The notes under the pieces are model-generated. The model ran no database searches. It was given only the letters and a program-made list of their open reading frames with translations, and was not told the DNA's origin. A stretch of 41,944 nt of DNA from Hormoscilla sp. (GTDB lineage Bacteria; Cyanobacteriota; Cyanobacteriia; Cyanobacteriales; Desertifilaceae): assembly GCA_051439505.1 (NCBI GenBank), contig JBFRWI010000050.1, positions 1 to 41,944 of the forward strand, written 5' to 3'. How positions within the stretch are numbered: the first letter of the stretch is position 1; each line of letters begins with the position of its first letter. The translations under genes were made by a program, and so were the position numbers. Positions 21,783 to 31,242 of the stretch are shown piece by piece.

Positions 21783-22007
21783 AAGCTAGCCGATCGATGC
21801 TTAAATTAGGAAACCCGGTTTTGAAAAAAATCGGGTTTCAATGACCTTGGGTGCATCTCACGCTCTGCACGGGGGGTGCATCTCATAGAATAGAAGCAAA
21901 TAAATGTTATAAAAAAAGTTATATTGACTGGAGGCAGAGCCTCGGGCATTACGTTCCGTGCCAGAGTCACGGAACGAGAGATCCCCGCTATCATAGCTGG
22001 CATCATC

Positions 22008-22631
22008 TTACCGATCGCTTTCTCGCCAGGTAAAAATTATTTCTTCGGACGCTTGTCGAAATTCAATATTAAACTTATCAAAGACAACTTCTCGTCCCAA
22101 AAGCATCACATCTGTTGTATTATTTTGTAACCAAGCAACAGGCGCAGTGAAACTATATCTGTCAATCGTCATTTCCACTCTCCGTAAAACATACTCAACC
22201 ATACCCCCTAATGTTTGTGCCACTAATAGTTCCTCTCCATCCGCTAACGCATAGCCCAAATGTTGACCAGTTTTTAGGGAGATGACGCTAAAGTCTGCCC
22301 CCGAATCAACTATCATTGTACTAGGCATTACCGTTTCTTTGTGCTGGAGAGTTACTTGATATTTTGGTAACCACTCGTGACGACTGACGGTCCGAAAGCT
22401 AATGGGGAGAATGACAATAGATCCAGTGAAACAGGGAACCAAGTAAATAGAAAAAATCTCCCCTCTATCTTCTGCTAACTGCAAGACTTGACGCAGGTTT
22501 TCACCGTGAGCAATAATGCCATTAGCGTTGTAGGCAACATATTGATGCCCATACTGCTGTAGCTGCTGCTCGTTACGGTTTAACCATTTGAGCATTTCCT
22601 TGATTTGTTGTTTAGAGGGTGTTTCTTTCAT
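22008..22631 (-). CDS. DUF5678-like domain fused to a retropepsin-like aspartic protease
   Basis: N-terminal QY...YVAYN..GIIAHGE.L..V; catalytic IVDSGADFS and LLGRE motifs. Confidence 0.75.
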   Translation of the reverse strand: MKETPSKQQIKEMLKWLNRNEQQLQQYGHQYVAYNANGIIAHGENLRQVLQLAEDRGEIFSIYLVPCFTGSIVILPISFRTVSRHEWLPKYQVTLQHKETVMPSTMIVDSGADFSVISLKTGQHLGYALADGEELLVAQTLGGMVEYVLRRVEMTIDRYSFTAPVAWLQNNTTDVMLLGREVVFDKFNIEFRQASEEIIFTWRESDR

Positions 22632-22731
22632 AACATTAACTATTTACTCTCGCATATTTTAGTGGGCGAACCCCTACGATCGGGTCATAAATTCCAATTT
22701 ACTATACCATATTAAAGGATTCATCACCATC

Positions 22732-24534
22732 TCACAATAATAACGGGTTGGGAACTGCTGAGGTATTTGCCAGCGGATCTTGATTGCTTGTGATTGAGTT
22801 ATCAAAAGTATTGCCAAGCAAGACATAGGATGCCCCCCGATCGCCATTGGCCCCACTGGCAGATATAATTACATCTGAACTGCCATCTGCATCTACATCT
22901 CCTATTCCGCTAACTGCTATGCCCGATCGATCGCCCGATGCAATGCCATTAATTACAATACTGTCAGTACCAAAATTGCTCACATCCACATCTGTGTTGT
23001 CTTCTTTCCCGAACACCAGATAGGTAACCCCGGCTAAATTGTTGGCACCGGCAGCCCCAATGAGCAGATCCGGGAGGCGATCGCCATTCACATCCCCGGC
23101 ACCGCTAACGGCACTGCCCAAATTGTCACCTGCATTGGCCCCGGCGATCGCGAAACCTGCACTGCCCAAACTACCGACATTTATTTCCGTGTTATCAGCT
23201 TTACCGAAGATTGCATAGGCAGATCCTGCCAAGTTGTTAGCACCGGGCGCCCCGACGATCGCATCATTAATGCCATCACCATTAACATCTCCGGCAACAG
23301 TAACCGAAGTACCCAAGTTATCTCCAAAGTCAGCACCTCTGATGACAAAGCCGCCACTATCTAAATTGGCCAACTCTACAGAAGTATTATCCTCTTTGCC
23401 GAACACCACATAGGCCGCCCCAGCAGACCCGGCATCATAGAAGTCGTCACTAGCGAAGGCATGGGGTGCCCCAATAATGACATCATTGAAGCCATCACCA
23501 TTGACATCTCCGACAGCACTTAGACTCGCCCCCGAGTTATCACCGGGTTCGCTACCATTAATAACAAAGCCGCCAGCACCTAAATTGCCTAACTCCACAG
23601 TGCGATTATCTTCCTTGCCGAAGACCACATAGGTAGCCCCAGCATAGAAGTTATCATTGTCTCCAGCATTGGGAGCCCCAATTATCAGATCCTCAAGACC
23701 ATCACCATTGACATCTCCGGCACCACTGACGCTGGTGCCAGAACGGTCAAAGGAGTTAGCGCCATTAATTGCAAAGCCAGCATTACCTAAATTACCGACA
23801 TCCACCGTGCTATTGTCAGCCTTGCCAAACACCACATAGGTTTGGCCCGCCAAGCTTTGGCCATTGTTTTCAGCATTGGGTACACCGATAATCAGGTCAT
23901 CAAAGCCATCACCATTGACATCTCCGGCACCACTGACGCTAGTGCCGAAACTGCTATCCGAGTCCAGGCCATTAATGACAAAACCCCCACTGCCCAAATT
24001 ATCTAGATCCACGGTGCTGTTGTCGGTATTGCCGAACACCACATAGGCCAGGCCAGCACCGCTAGTCCCGATAATTAAGTCATCAAAGCCATCATTATTG
24101 ACATCCCCAGCAGTACTGACCGAGGTGCCAGCATTGTCATCGGGGTTGCTACCGTTAACTACGAAGCCGCCGTTCCCTGCTGCTACCTCCGAGAGTTCTA
24201 CTATTGACTCTAGGTAGGCAGTTATTTCTGCTGTCGTCCTCGTGGCATCTGGGGCGATCGCGTTTGCTGTCAGGGCCTCGTCTCTAATCTCAAACAAATA
24301 ACGCAGGTTCACAACTCCGTCAGTCAAGGCGTCTACTTCCCCATTGCCATCAATATCCAACTGGTTGCGTATTTGTTCGAGGTAGGCGATTATTTCTGCC
24401 CCTGTCCTGGTTGCATCCGGTGCAACTGAGTTAGCAATCAGAGTATCGTCTGTAAACCCTAACAGATAAAGCAGCACCAACCTGCCATCAGTCAGTGCAT
24501 CTAGCGTGCCATTGCCGTCTATATCCCAACTCAT
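22732..24534 (-). CDS. FG-GAP/integrin-alpha repeat protein with an N-terminal duplicated dockerin/EF-hand-like Ca-binding module
   Basis: Two DIDGNG..DALTDG repeats; seven GDVNGDG-type repeats. Confidence 0.85.
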   Translation of the reverse strand: MSWDIDGNGTLDALTDGRLVLLYLLGFTDDTLIANSVAPDATRTGAEIIAYLEQIRNQLDIDGNGEVDALTDGVVNLRYLFEIRDEALTANAIAPDATRTTAEITAYLESIVELSEVAAGNGGFVVNGSNPDDNAGTSVSTAGDVNNDGFDDLIIGTSGAGLAYVVFGNTDNSTVDLDNLGSGGFVINGLDSDSSFGTSVSGAGDVNGDGFDDLIIGVPNAENNGQSLAGQTYVVFGKADNSTVDVGNLGNAGFAINGANSFDRSGTSVSGAGDVNGDGLEDLIIGAPNAGDNDNFYAGATYVVFGKEDNRTVELGNLGAGGFVINGSEPGDNSGASLSAVGDVNGDGFNDVIIGAPHAFASDDFYDAGSAGAAYVVFGKEDNTSVELANLDSGGFVIRGADFGDNLGTSVTVAGDVNGDGINDAIVGAPGANNLAGSAYAIFGKADNTEINVGSLGSAGFAIAGANAGDNLGSAVSGAGDVNGDRLPDLLIGAAGANNLAGVTYLVFGKEDNTDVDVSNFGTDSIVINGIASGDRSGIAVSGIGDVDADGSSDVIISASGANGDRGASYVLLGNTFDNSITSNQDPLANTSAVPNPLLL

Positions 24535-24716
24535 AAGTAGTTCTCCGTTCGAGATTGCTTCGTGCCTCGCAACGCTGCACGGTTATTTTCAGATCCTCCG
24601 ATCTCCAGCTAACAAAGGGTTGAGCGCCTGTATTCCATCATTACAGAATGTGCAATTTTCTCTGCACGACAGCTTAATTATCAGTCTATCATGTAATAAA
24701 TATTAAGACAGTTACC

Positions 24717-24977
24717 ATGTCTGAACCCGCGATCGCAGTCACCATCAAACTCTTCGCCGCCTATCAAGAAGCCTATGGCCTCCCAGAACTACAGCGGCAA
24801 TTTCCCCCACATACCCCAGTCGCCGCAGTCCTAGAAAACCTCATTGCGGAACATCCCGAACTCCAGCAATGGCGCGAACTCACCCGCTTTGGTATCAATC
24901 TCCAATTTGTCGAACCCGATACCCCACTGCAAGATGGTGATGAAGTTGTCCTCATACCACCGGTCAGCGGCGGCTAA
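24717..24977 (+). CDS. moaD: MoaD/ThiS family sulfur carrier
   Basis: 86 aa; KLFAAY..., C-terminal DGDEVVLIPPVSGG. Confidence 0.9.
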   Translation: MSEPAIAVTIKLFAAYQEAYGLPELQRQFPPHTPVAAVLENLIAEHPELQQWRELTRFGINLQFVEPDTPLQDGDEVVLIPPVSGG

Positions 24978-25178
24978 GCGCAGCGGCAGTCACCGGTAGA
25001 GAGGGGCGGCCAAAAAAACCGCCAAAAATTTTTTTCCACAAATTTTTGGGTTAAGAGGGGATTTTGGCGGGGCCATCAGTCGATTCTGGAGGAGATTTTT
25101 CCGGTTCGATCGCCCTGAAACTCACTCCTGGTAAGGCTTTCATCTGTACGATGGTAATCTGATTTTTTTGTTAAATTC

Positions 25179-25203
25179 AATCCCGACTAAAACACTCGGG
25201 TAT
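25179..25203. promoter_or_regulatory. Rrf2-family (IscR type-1-like) operator
   Basis: AATCCCGACTAAAACACTCGGGTAT fits the IscR type-1 pattern ATA-syy-GACT-rwwwy-AGTC-rrs-TAT at 22 of 25 positions; 68 bp upstream of thrC. Confidence 0.6.
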
Positions 25204-25271
25204 AGTTGCAGGGTATTTTTTCCCCGTGCTACGATTTCAACATCAATCGCAATCAAGGAAAGTAACCAGCC

Positions 25272-26582
25272 ATGACAGCAGCAACCACCATCCCCACCTT
25301 CAACACAACCACCGGCTTTAGCACCACCCTGAAATGTAAAGAATGTGGTGAAGAGTACCCGCTGGAAGCAAAGCACATCTGCGAAGATGTCTGCTTTGGC
25401 CCCTTGGAAGTAAAGTATGACTATGAAAAACTGCGCCTCTCCGTCAGCCGCGCTACTATAGAAGCCGGTCCTAACTCGATTTGGCGCTATCGTCCCTTCT
25501 TACCTGTTACAACTAATAATCCTATAGATGTAGGCACCGGCATGACCCCCCTAGTGAAATCTCACCGGTTGGCGCGGCGTCTGGGACTAAAGAATCTCTA
25601 TATAAAGAATGATGCAGTCAATATGCCCACTCTCAGCTTCAAGGATAGAGTGGTGTCAGTGGCCTTAACTCGGGCGAAAGAGTTGGGTTTCTCCACAGTT
25701 TCTTGCGCCAGTACCGGAAATTTGGCTAATTCAACCGCTGCGATCGCGGCCCATGCCGGTCTGGACTGCTGCGTGTTCATCCCCGCCGACTTGGAAGCGG
25801 GTAAAGTCCTGGGCACCTTGATCTACAATCCCACGGTGATGGCAGTTAAGGGCAATTACGATCAAGTGAACAAGCTGTGCTGCGAAGTGGGCAATACCTA
25901 TGGATGGGGGTTTGTCAATATTAATCTGCGTCCTTACTATTCGGAAGGTTCCAAAACTCTGGGCTTTGAAGTGGCAGAACAGCTAGGATGGCAGTTACCC
26001 GACCATATTGTTGCCCCTCTGGCCTCCGGTTCCCTCTACGGTAAAATCTATAAAGGCTTCCAAGAATTTGTCAAGGTGGGATTGGTTGAGGATAAAGCTG
26101 TTCGCTTCAGCGGGGCCCAAGCAGAAGGCTGTTCCCCGATCGCCCAAGCTTTCCGGGAAGGAAGGGACTTTATCTCCCCCGTTAAACCCAATACCATTGC
26201 TAAGTCGATCGCCATTGGCAACCCTGCTGATGGGATCTATGCCTTAGAAATTGCCCGCAAGACAGGTGGTAACATTGAATCTGTCACGGATCCAGAAATC
26301 ATCGAAGGCATGAAGTTGCTAGCGGAAACGGAAGGTATCTTCACCGAAACCGCTGGGGGAACCACCATTGCCGTGTTGAAGAAACTGGTGGAAGCTGGTA
26401 AAATTGACCCCGAGGAAACGACAGTTGCCTACATCACCGGAAATGGTTTGAAAACCCAGGAAGCTGTCCAAGGTTACATCGGCGAACCCCTGACTATTGA
26501 ACCGAAACTAGACGCTTTTGAACGGGCAATGGAACGGGCCCGCACCTTGGATCGCCTAGAATGGCAACAAGTATTGGTCTAG
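25272..26582 (+). CDS. thrC: Threonine synthase (fold-type II PLP enzyme, Zn-ribbon N-terminus)
   Basis: CKECG...C...CFGPLEV; PTLSFKDR PLP lysine; CASTGN; ITGNGLK. Confidence 0.88.
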   Translation: MTAATTIPTFNTTTGFSTTLKCKECGEEYPLEAKHICEDVCFGPLEVKYDYEKLRLSVSRATIEAGPNSIWRYRPFLPVTTNNPIDVGTGMTPLVKSHRLARRLGLKNLYIKNDAVNMPTLSFKDRVVSVALTRAKELGFSTVSCASTGNLANSTAAIAAHAGLDCCVFIPADLEAGKVLGTLIYNPTVMAVKGNYDQVNKLCCEVGNTYGWGFVNINLRPYYSEGSKTLGFEVAEQLGWQLPDHIVAPLASGSLYGKIYKGFQEFVKVGLVEDKAVRFSGAQAEGCSPIAQAFREGRDFISPVKPNTIAKSIAIGNPADGIYALEIARKTGGNIESVTDPEIIEGMKLLAETEGIFTETAGGTTIAVLKKLVEAGKIDPEETTVAYITGNGLKTQEAVQGYIGEPLTIEPKLDAFERAMERARTLDRLEWQQVLV

Positions 26583-26601
26583 ATTACACCCCCACCCCAC
26601 A

Positions 26602-26680
26602 CCCCCACCCTAAAGGGTGGGGCTACAGGAACGAAGCCCGCCTGCGCGGGCTAAGATGAGTAGGGTGGGCATCGCCCACC
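26602..26680. repeat. REP-like palindromes between thrC and the second moaD
   Basis: CCCCACCCTAAAGGGTGGGG...AGCCCGCCTGCGCGGGCT, then GTAGGGTGGGCATCGCCCACC. Confidence 0.75.
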
Positions 26681-26757
26681 ATTACCAAGCTACGGCTATG
26701 CGATCGATGGCGGGCAGTGCAGCAGTAATATGAGAAGAACAAAGGAATCAGGTAAAA

Positions 26758-27033
26758 ATGGCAGTAACAGTTTTAGTTCCCACTCCTTTACAGAAGTTCA
26801 CGAACGATCAAGCCAAGCTAGAATCTAGTGGCAGCAATATTGCTGAGTTGTTCGACTCTCTAGAAGAAAGTTATCCTGGGATAAAAAAACGCTTGTGTGA
26901 TGAAGAGGGACAACCGCGCCGCTTTTTGAACTTATACGTCAATAGCGAAGATATCAGGTTTTTAGAAGGAATCAAGACGCCTTTGAAGGATAAGGATGAA
27001 GTTAGTATTGTCCCAGCTGTGGCAGGTGGTTAA
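26758..27033 (+). CDS. MoaD/ThiS (CysO-like) ubiquitin-fold sulfur carrier
   Basis: V.VPTPL...[16 protein letters not shown]...SIVPAVAGG. Confidence 0.9.
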   Translation: MAVTVLVPTPLQKFTNDQAKLESSGSNIAELFDSLEESYPGIKKRLCDEEGQPRRFLNLYVNSEDIRFLEGIKTPLKDKDEVSIVPAVAGG

Positions 27034-27068
27034 TGGGGTACACTGCATATTTGCAAAAATATTAATGT

Positions 27069-27155
27069 CGTAGGTTGGGTTTCCGCACGAAACCCAACAA
27101 ATAAATGTTGTTGACGTTGTGCTTGTTGGGTAACAAAGGTCAACCCAACCTACGA
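27069..27155. repeat. REP doublet (REPIN-like) between convergent genes
   Basis: CGTAGGTTGGGT...ACCCAACCTACG inverted ends with internal hairpins. Confidence 0.75.
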
Positions 27156-27175
27156 ATATCATGCATTGAGATCGA

Positions 27176-28237
27176 CTACACAACCTGTAAGGTCTGAAAC
27201 TGATTTAACTCACTGGGCGGGACAGCACCATGTTCGGTGATAATAGCTGTAATCAAGGCTGCTGGGGTAACATCAAAGGCAGGATTGTAAAACTCCGTAC
27301 CCGCCGGACAAAAGATCCTATCCCCAATTTTGTAAATTTCTGCTGGATCCCGTTCTTCAATGGGAATTTGGCTGCCCTCGGCTAACTTAAAGTCAATGGT
27401 AGAAAGGGGCGCGGCGACGAAAAAGGGGATATTATGAGCTTTGGCTGCTAAGGCGACACTGTAGGTGCCAATCTTATTTGCTGTATCGCCATTGGCGGCA
27501 ATGCGATCGGCCCCCACCACAACCGCATCAACTAAGCCATGCTGCATACAATGAGCTGCCATGCTATCAGTAATGATGGTAATGGGAATTTTCTCTTGGG
27601 TACATTCCCAAGCAGTCAGTCGCGATCCTTGCAAGCGGGGACGGGTTTCATCAGCATAAAGTCTTTTTAACCGTCCCTGACTCCAGGCAGAACGCACCAC
27701 ACTCAAGGATGTGCCATAACCAGCAGTTGCCAAGGCACCCGCATTGCAGTGAGTGAGAATATTCAACTGAGTGGGTTCGGGGGGTAATACCTTCAGACCT
27801 TGCTTGCCAATTTCTTGACAAGTTTGTAAGTCTTCGGCATGAATTTGCTTGGCAGTATTCAGCAGAGTCTCTTTAATTTCCTCAACAGAACCGAGGGTTT
27901 CATAGGCGGTCCTCAACATGCGGGAAATTGCCCAAAATAGATTCACCGCCGTCGGACGAGTTTGCCGCAACTCTTGGGAGACTGTTTCCAACCGACCCAA
28001 GAATTCGTCCCGATCGCTGGTTTGAATCTCCCGGGCACCGAGATACATGCCATAGGCAGCAGCGATGCCTATTGCCGGTGCGCCACGGACGATCATTGTT
28101 TTAATGGCCTCTGCCATATCTTGGTAGCGATTAATGGCCACCACGGAATAATCAGTGGGCAAGCGATTTTGGTCAATCAGCAAAACATGGTCTTGGTTCC
28201 AAATAACGGGATAAACCTGGGTGGAAGTCGATGTCAT
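27176..28237 (-). CDS. mtnA: S-methyl-5-thioribose-1-phosphate isomerase
   Basis: [64 protein letters not shown]. Confidence 0.96.
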   Translation of the reverse strand: MTSTSTQVYPVIWNQDHVLLIDQNRLPTDYSVVAINRYQDMAEAIKTMIVRGAPAIGIAAAYGMYLGAREIQTSDRDEFLGRLETVSQELRQTRPTAVNLFWAISRMLRTAYETLGSVEEIKETLLNTAKQIHAEDLQTCQEIGKQGLKVLPPEPTQLNILTHCNAGALATAGYGTSLSVVRSAWSQGRLKRLYADETRPRLQGSRLTAWECTQEKIPITIITDSMAAHCMQHGLVDAVVVGADRIAANGDTANKIGTYSVALAAKAHNIPFFVAAPLSTIDFKLAEGSQIPIEERDPAEIYKIGDRIFCPAGTEFYNPAFDVTPAALITAIITEHGAVPPSELNQFQTLQVV

Positions 28238-28468
28238 GGTAAATAGCTGAAACTAAGTTCGTCGTGGGCGTTCGTAGTAAGGACTTTAGTCCTTGCTTGC
28301 GAGTTCGTAATCAAGACTAAGGTAAAAGCCGCAGCTAAGTCAATACCTATTGCAGACATTTTCTACCAATGCTAGCAGCAGCTGTGCCCGATATCACAGA
28401 TAGCCTTTGAGGGGCGTTGGACGCTGGTTCGGGGTCGATAAAGTATTTTTCTGGAACCTACTAAATCA

Positions 28469-28533
28469 AGAAACCGGGTTTCTGCTACAATTTAAGCTAC
28501 CAGACGATAATTGATAAAAGAAACCCGGTTTCT
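28469..28533. repeat. AGAAACCGGGTTTCT...AGAAACCCGGTTTCT REP-like doublet
   Basis: Same family at about 21810-21839, 30962-31028, 31094-31160 and 37922-37955. Confidence 0.8.
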
Positions 28534-28595
28534 AGCCCCCACGCGATCGGTCAAATTATCGTCCGATCGGGGCATTGCGCTGGTGGGCGGTACCC

Positions 28596-28830
28596 AAATA
28601 CTTCAAGGGATACAACTTGTCATTGCGAGGGGGATGCCCAAACTGATAATTTAGGGCTCGTCGCGATCAATCCCCCGAAGCAATCTCACCGATGACGCGC
28701 CATATGTTCTTCATCTCATACTGGGCGGGGAGATTGCTTCGGGGGGGGTTAACTCAATTGGTGCAGAAGTTAATCGCGGAGTACCCCTCCCCTCGCAATG
28801 ACAACCTAGATTCTTAACCGAGAAGTATTG
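28596..28830. mobile_element. IS4-like MITE, 235 bp, inserted in a REP palindrome
   Basis: Ends AAATACTTC / GAAGTATTG; 10-bp direct repeats GGCGGTACCC (28586-28595) and GGCGGTGCCC (28831-28840); internal TGTCATTGCGAGG...GAAGCAATCTC...GAGATTGCTTC...CCTCGCAATGACA palindrome. Confidence 0.7.
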
Positions 28831-29261
28831 GGCGGTGCCCTTTCAACTGACAGCAAATTCCGTATAGGGGCGAATTTCGGGAGGGTGGAAGGCGAGAACA
28901 ATATCATGCTTAGGAACGCCTGCGGCCACCAAGTCTAAGGCAATGCCATCTTCAATGCCATCGCGGTGAATCCAAATTTTCTCATTGATAATTTCAATAT
29001 GGACGAGGCACCCGTGAACTCGTTTATCATCTTGCCATCCCAGGGTAATTAACAGATAATTACTGCGGTCTTCACTGACAACAAAACGTCTTTATAAGTC
29101 TCCAGAGGAGTAGGGAAGTTGATAATATTCATCAAGGACTCGATAAACAATGTCGCCGTATTTTTTGGCTCTTCGGTACAAAGCAAGGGTATTTTGTTAA
29201 AAAAAGGTTGTAAGCCTTGCTGCGCAAAGCTGAGATCCACGCTCGTATCCCCAATGAAGGT

Positions 29262-29507
29262 TTGGTTATAGGCGCTTTTGACGGTGGCTTGGGGGTCGGC
29301 GGCGTTTTTCAGTTCGAGGACCACGAGGGGTAAGCCGTTGATGAAAATGATGATATCGGGGCGGCGTTGGTGGTTGTTTTCGCTGACGGTAAATTGATTG
29401 ACGGCGAGGAATTCGTTATTTTCGGGATGTTCCCAGTCGATGAGGTGCAGGGCTTGCAGGCGATCGAGGGCGTATTCTTCGATGGGGTCTTCAGTGAGGT
29501 ATTTCAT
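29262..29507 (-). pseudogene. hsdR: Type I restriction subunit R N-terminal fragment (truncated, apparently internally deleted)
   Basis: [14 protein letters not shown]...[20 protein letters not shown]...[21 protein letters not shown]...AYNQ, cut off by the inverted repeat. Confidence 0.85.
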
Positions 29508-29815
29508 GCCTTTTGATAGAGAAAGCGGGCAAAGTTTAACAGTTCTTCCCGTTTGTCTTCGGACAAGCGAGCACTCATCCATTTTATTTTATCAGCAGTC
29601 GCGAGCCATTGTTTTGTTTCATTCTGCCAAACCACCATAAATTGCTCGGTGGAGAGAGGACAAAGGGCAGTCGTTTCTCCATCCTCGTTTGTAAACTCGA
29701 TCTCAAAGTGAGTTTCATCTAAACATTCGACAATCGCACCGCGATCGCCAATAACTAGATTGTGTTCTGGTAGGTTTACTAGCAGTTCTACAAGGTCGAA
29801 AAGTTCGGCTTTCAT
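29504..29815 (-). CDS. DUF4926-domain protein (putative antitoxin/immunity)
   Basis: [23 protein letters not shown]....[16 protein letters not shown] overlaps with both neighbours. Confidence 0.8.
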   Translation of the reverse strand: MKAELFDLVELLVNLPEHNLVIGDRGAIVECLDETHFEIEFTNEDGETTALCPLSTEQFMVVWQNETKQWLATADKIKWMSARLSEDKREELLNFARFLYQKA

Positions 29816-30165
29816 GGCGATATTTTTTTAATAAAAAGAGTAATCAGTCGAGCTTGTTTGGAGTTTTCAGGAATTAACCAACCTGTCCGTACAGTTTCGA
29901 TTTGTTCGGGTTCTATTCCTTGAATTTCGAGATCGATTTGATATCTCGTGCCGTATTGGTCTTGACTTTGGGGGATTGCTTCTGCATCAGGGGCTTTTTG
30001 GGAAATTTGGTCGAGTAAGGATTGATAGTTATCTTTTGTGTAACCTAAATGTTGGGCAAACATTAAGGCTTTATCTTTCCCTTTTGGATTGTCGGGGTCT
30101 AGAGCATAGTTAGTGAGTTTTCGAGGGTTGATAAAAATTTCATCGACCAGTTCTTTGAGTTTCAT
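29812..30165 (-). CDS. DUF6883-like protein (putative toxin domain)
   Basis: KLTNYALDPDNPKGKDKA.MF...LGYT..NY...YGTRY...RTGWLI...RLITLF. Confidence 0.75.
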   Translation of the reverse strand: MKLKELVDEIFINPRKLTNYALDPDNPKGKDKALMFAQHLGYTKDNYQSLLDQISQKAPDAEAIPQSQDQYGTRYQIDLEIQGIEPEQIETVRTGWLIPENSKQARLITLFIKKISP

Positions 30166-30168
30166 GGT

Positions 30169-30216
30169 TTATTCAGTGACGCGGAGTTTGCCGCTCATAA
30201 GTTTAGGGAGGAGGGT
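30169..30216 (-). pseudogene. hsdS: C-terminal tail of type I R-M specificity subunit
   Basis: TLLPKLMSGKLRVTE* is the canonical HsdS end; it lies about 10 bp from the right inverted repeat. Confidence 0.75.
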
Positions 30217-30362
30217 AGCCATTTTACCTTCATTAGGGATACGAGCGTGGCTCTCAGCCTTGCGCAGCAAGGCTGGAAGACCTTTTTTTTAACAAAATAC
30301 CCTTGCTTTGTACCGAAGAGCCTATTTTTTTAATGTATCCATCGCAAGAAATCCTGACTTTT

Positions 30363-30730
30363 TAACTGACAGCAAATTCCGTATAGGGGCGAATTTCGGG
30401 AGAGTGGAAAGCGAGAACAATATCATGTTTAGGAACGCCTGCGGCTACCAATTCTAAGGCAATGCCATCTTCGAGGCCATCCCGATGAATCCAAATTTTC
30501 TCATTGCTAATTTCTATATGGACTATACAAGCATGAACTTTTACAGGGTGTGGTCAAAAACAGTTGATCGTTCCTGGGCCATCCCTGTCGCCCGATCCCC
30601 CCAAACCCCCCTTAAAAAGGGGGGCGCGCCGGAAGCCCCCCCTTTTGCAAGGGGGGGTTTGGGGGGGATCGGGCTGCAACTACTTTTGACCACACCCACT
30701 TTTACATCCCTTTCCCATAATTTGAGAAGG
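30363..30730 (-). pseudogene. xisI: Second xisI copy, C-terminal half only, interrupted by a MITE
   Basis: LWERDVK|VHACIVHIEISNEKIWIHRDGLEDGIALELVAAGVPKHDIVLAFHSPEIRPYTEFAVS*; highly similar to 28843-29020. Confidence 0.85.
30546..30697. mobile_element. MITE, 152 bp
   Basis: Perfect 14-bp TIRs GGGTGTGGTCAAAA / TTTTGACCACACCC; 9-bp TSD ACTTTTACA at 30537-30545 and 30698-30706; internal CCCCCCTT..AAGGGGGG palindromes. Confidence 0.9.
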
Positions 30731-30922
30731 GCCCCGAAAACTTTTAATTTCTACGAGGATTTGTCGTTCGCCATTCTGGGCAACAATTATTTTTTTAGCG
30801 CCCAGATCGACGAAGAACTCCCTCAATCCCCATTTTAACTTGAAAGGATCGTCGGTAATGGTCCAGCCATCTTTAGTTAGGGCGGTTTTGACCGTCTCGT
30901 GGTAGATGTCTTTGGCAGGCAT
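30725..30922 (-). pseudogene. xisH: xisH N-terminal half, joined to the xisI remnant by a deletion
   Basis: MPAKDIYHETVKTALTKDGWTITDDP...VDLGAKK...VEIKSF, after which similarity ends. Confidence 0.85.
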
Positions 30923-30926
30923 TGCG

Positions 30927-31186
30927 GGGTGTGGTCACAAGTCGTTGATAGCCAACGGACAAGAAACCGGGTTTCTTTTATCAATTTAAGGGCAAAACGC
31001 AGCCATTTACATAGAAACCCGGTTTCTGAACCCCCACGGGAGGTCTCCCCGTACCTACGGGTGTGGTCACAAGTCCTTGATAGCCAACGGACAAGAAACC
31101 GGGTTTCTTTTATCAATTTAGGGACAATTTGCAGCCATTTCCATAGAAACCCGGTTTCTGAACCCCCACGGGAGGTCTCCCCGTAC
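30927..31186. repeat. Tandem duplication with a 132-bp period
   Basis: 30927-31054 and 31059-31186; each starts GGGTGTGGTCA and contains an AGAAACC(G/C)GGTTTCT doublet. Confidence 0.9.
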
Positions 31187-31242
31187 TCCTTGGTCAAGCA
31201 ATTGACTGTATAATAAATATATTGAAATACTGCTTCTCCCTC

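Larger units (their letters stand above)
29167..30322. mobile_element. Non-autonomous cargo-carrying element with ISL3-like ends, 1156 bp
   Basis: ~95-bp inverted repeats starting GGCTCTTCGGTACAAAGCAAGGG (29167-29261 and 30226-30322); 8-bp TSD TATTTTTT at 29159-29166 and 30323-30330; no transposase inside. Confidence 0.9.
28843..30342 (-). pseudogene. xisI: xisI, split by the 29167-30322 element and carrying a premature stop
   Basis: Removing the insert and one TSD gives in-frame [113 protein letters not shown] at 29094-29092. Confidence 0.9.

Noticed and set aside
11175..24534. FG-GAP proteins as the UnbV partner of the DUF1702 gene
   Set aside because: They are integrin-alpha-type repeats with Ig/RTX or dockerin-like modules; no ASPIC/UnbV C-terminal domain was recognised and they are not operonic with it
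28238..28560. SAM riboswitch upstream of mtnA
   Set aside because: No SAM-I core (AUCAAGAG...GCAACC...GUGC) recognised; the hairpins present are REP-type
29049..29582. 177-aa ORF as a real gene
   Set aside because: It is a chimera of an off-frame DUF4926 stretch, the hsdR fragment, the inverted repeat and off-frame xisI
30927..31186. CRISPR array
   Set aside because: Only two near-identical 132-bp units, no unique spacers and no cas genes; the ORFs across it (30877-31197, 30899-31213) are repeat translations
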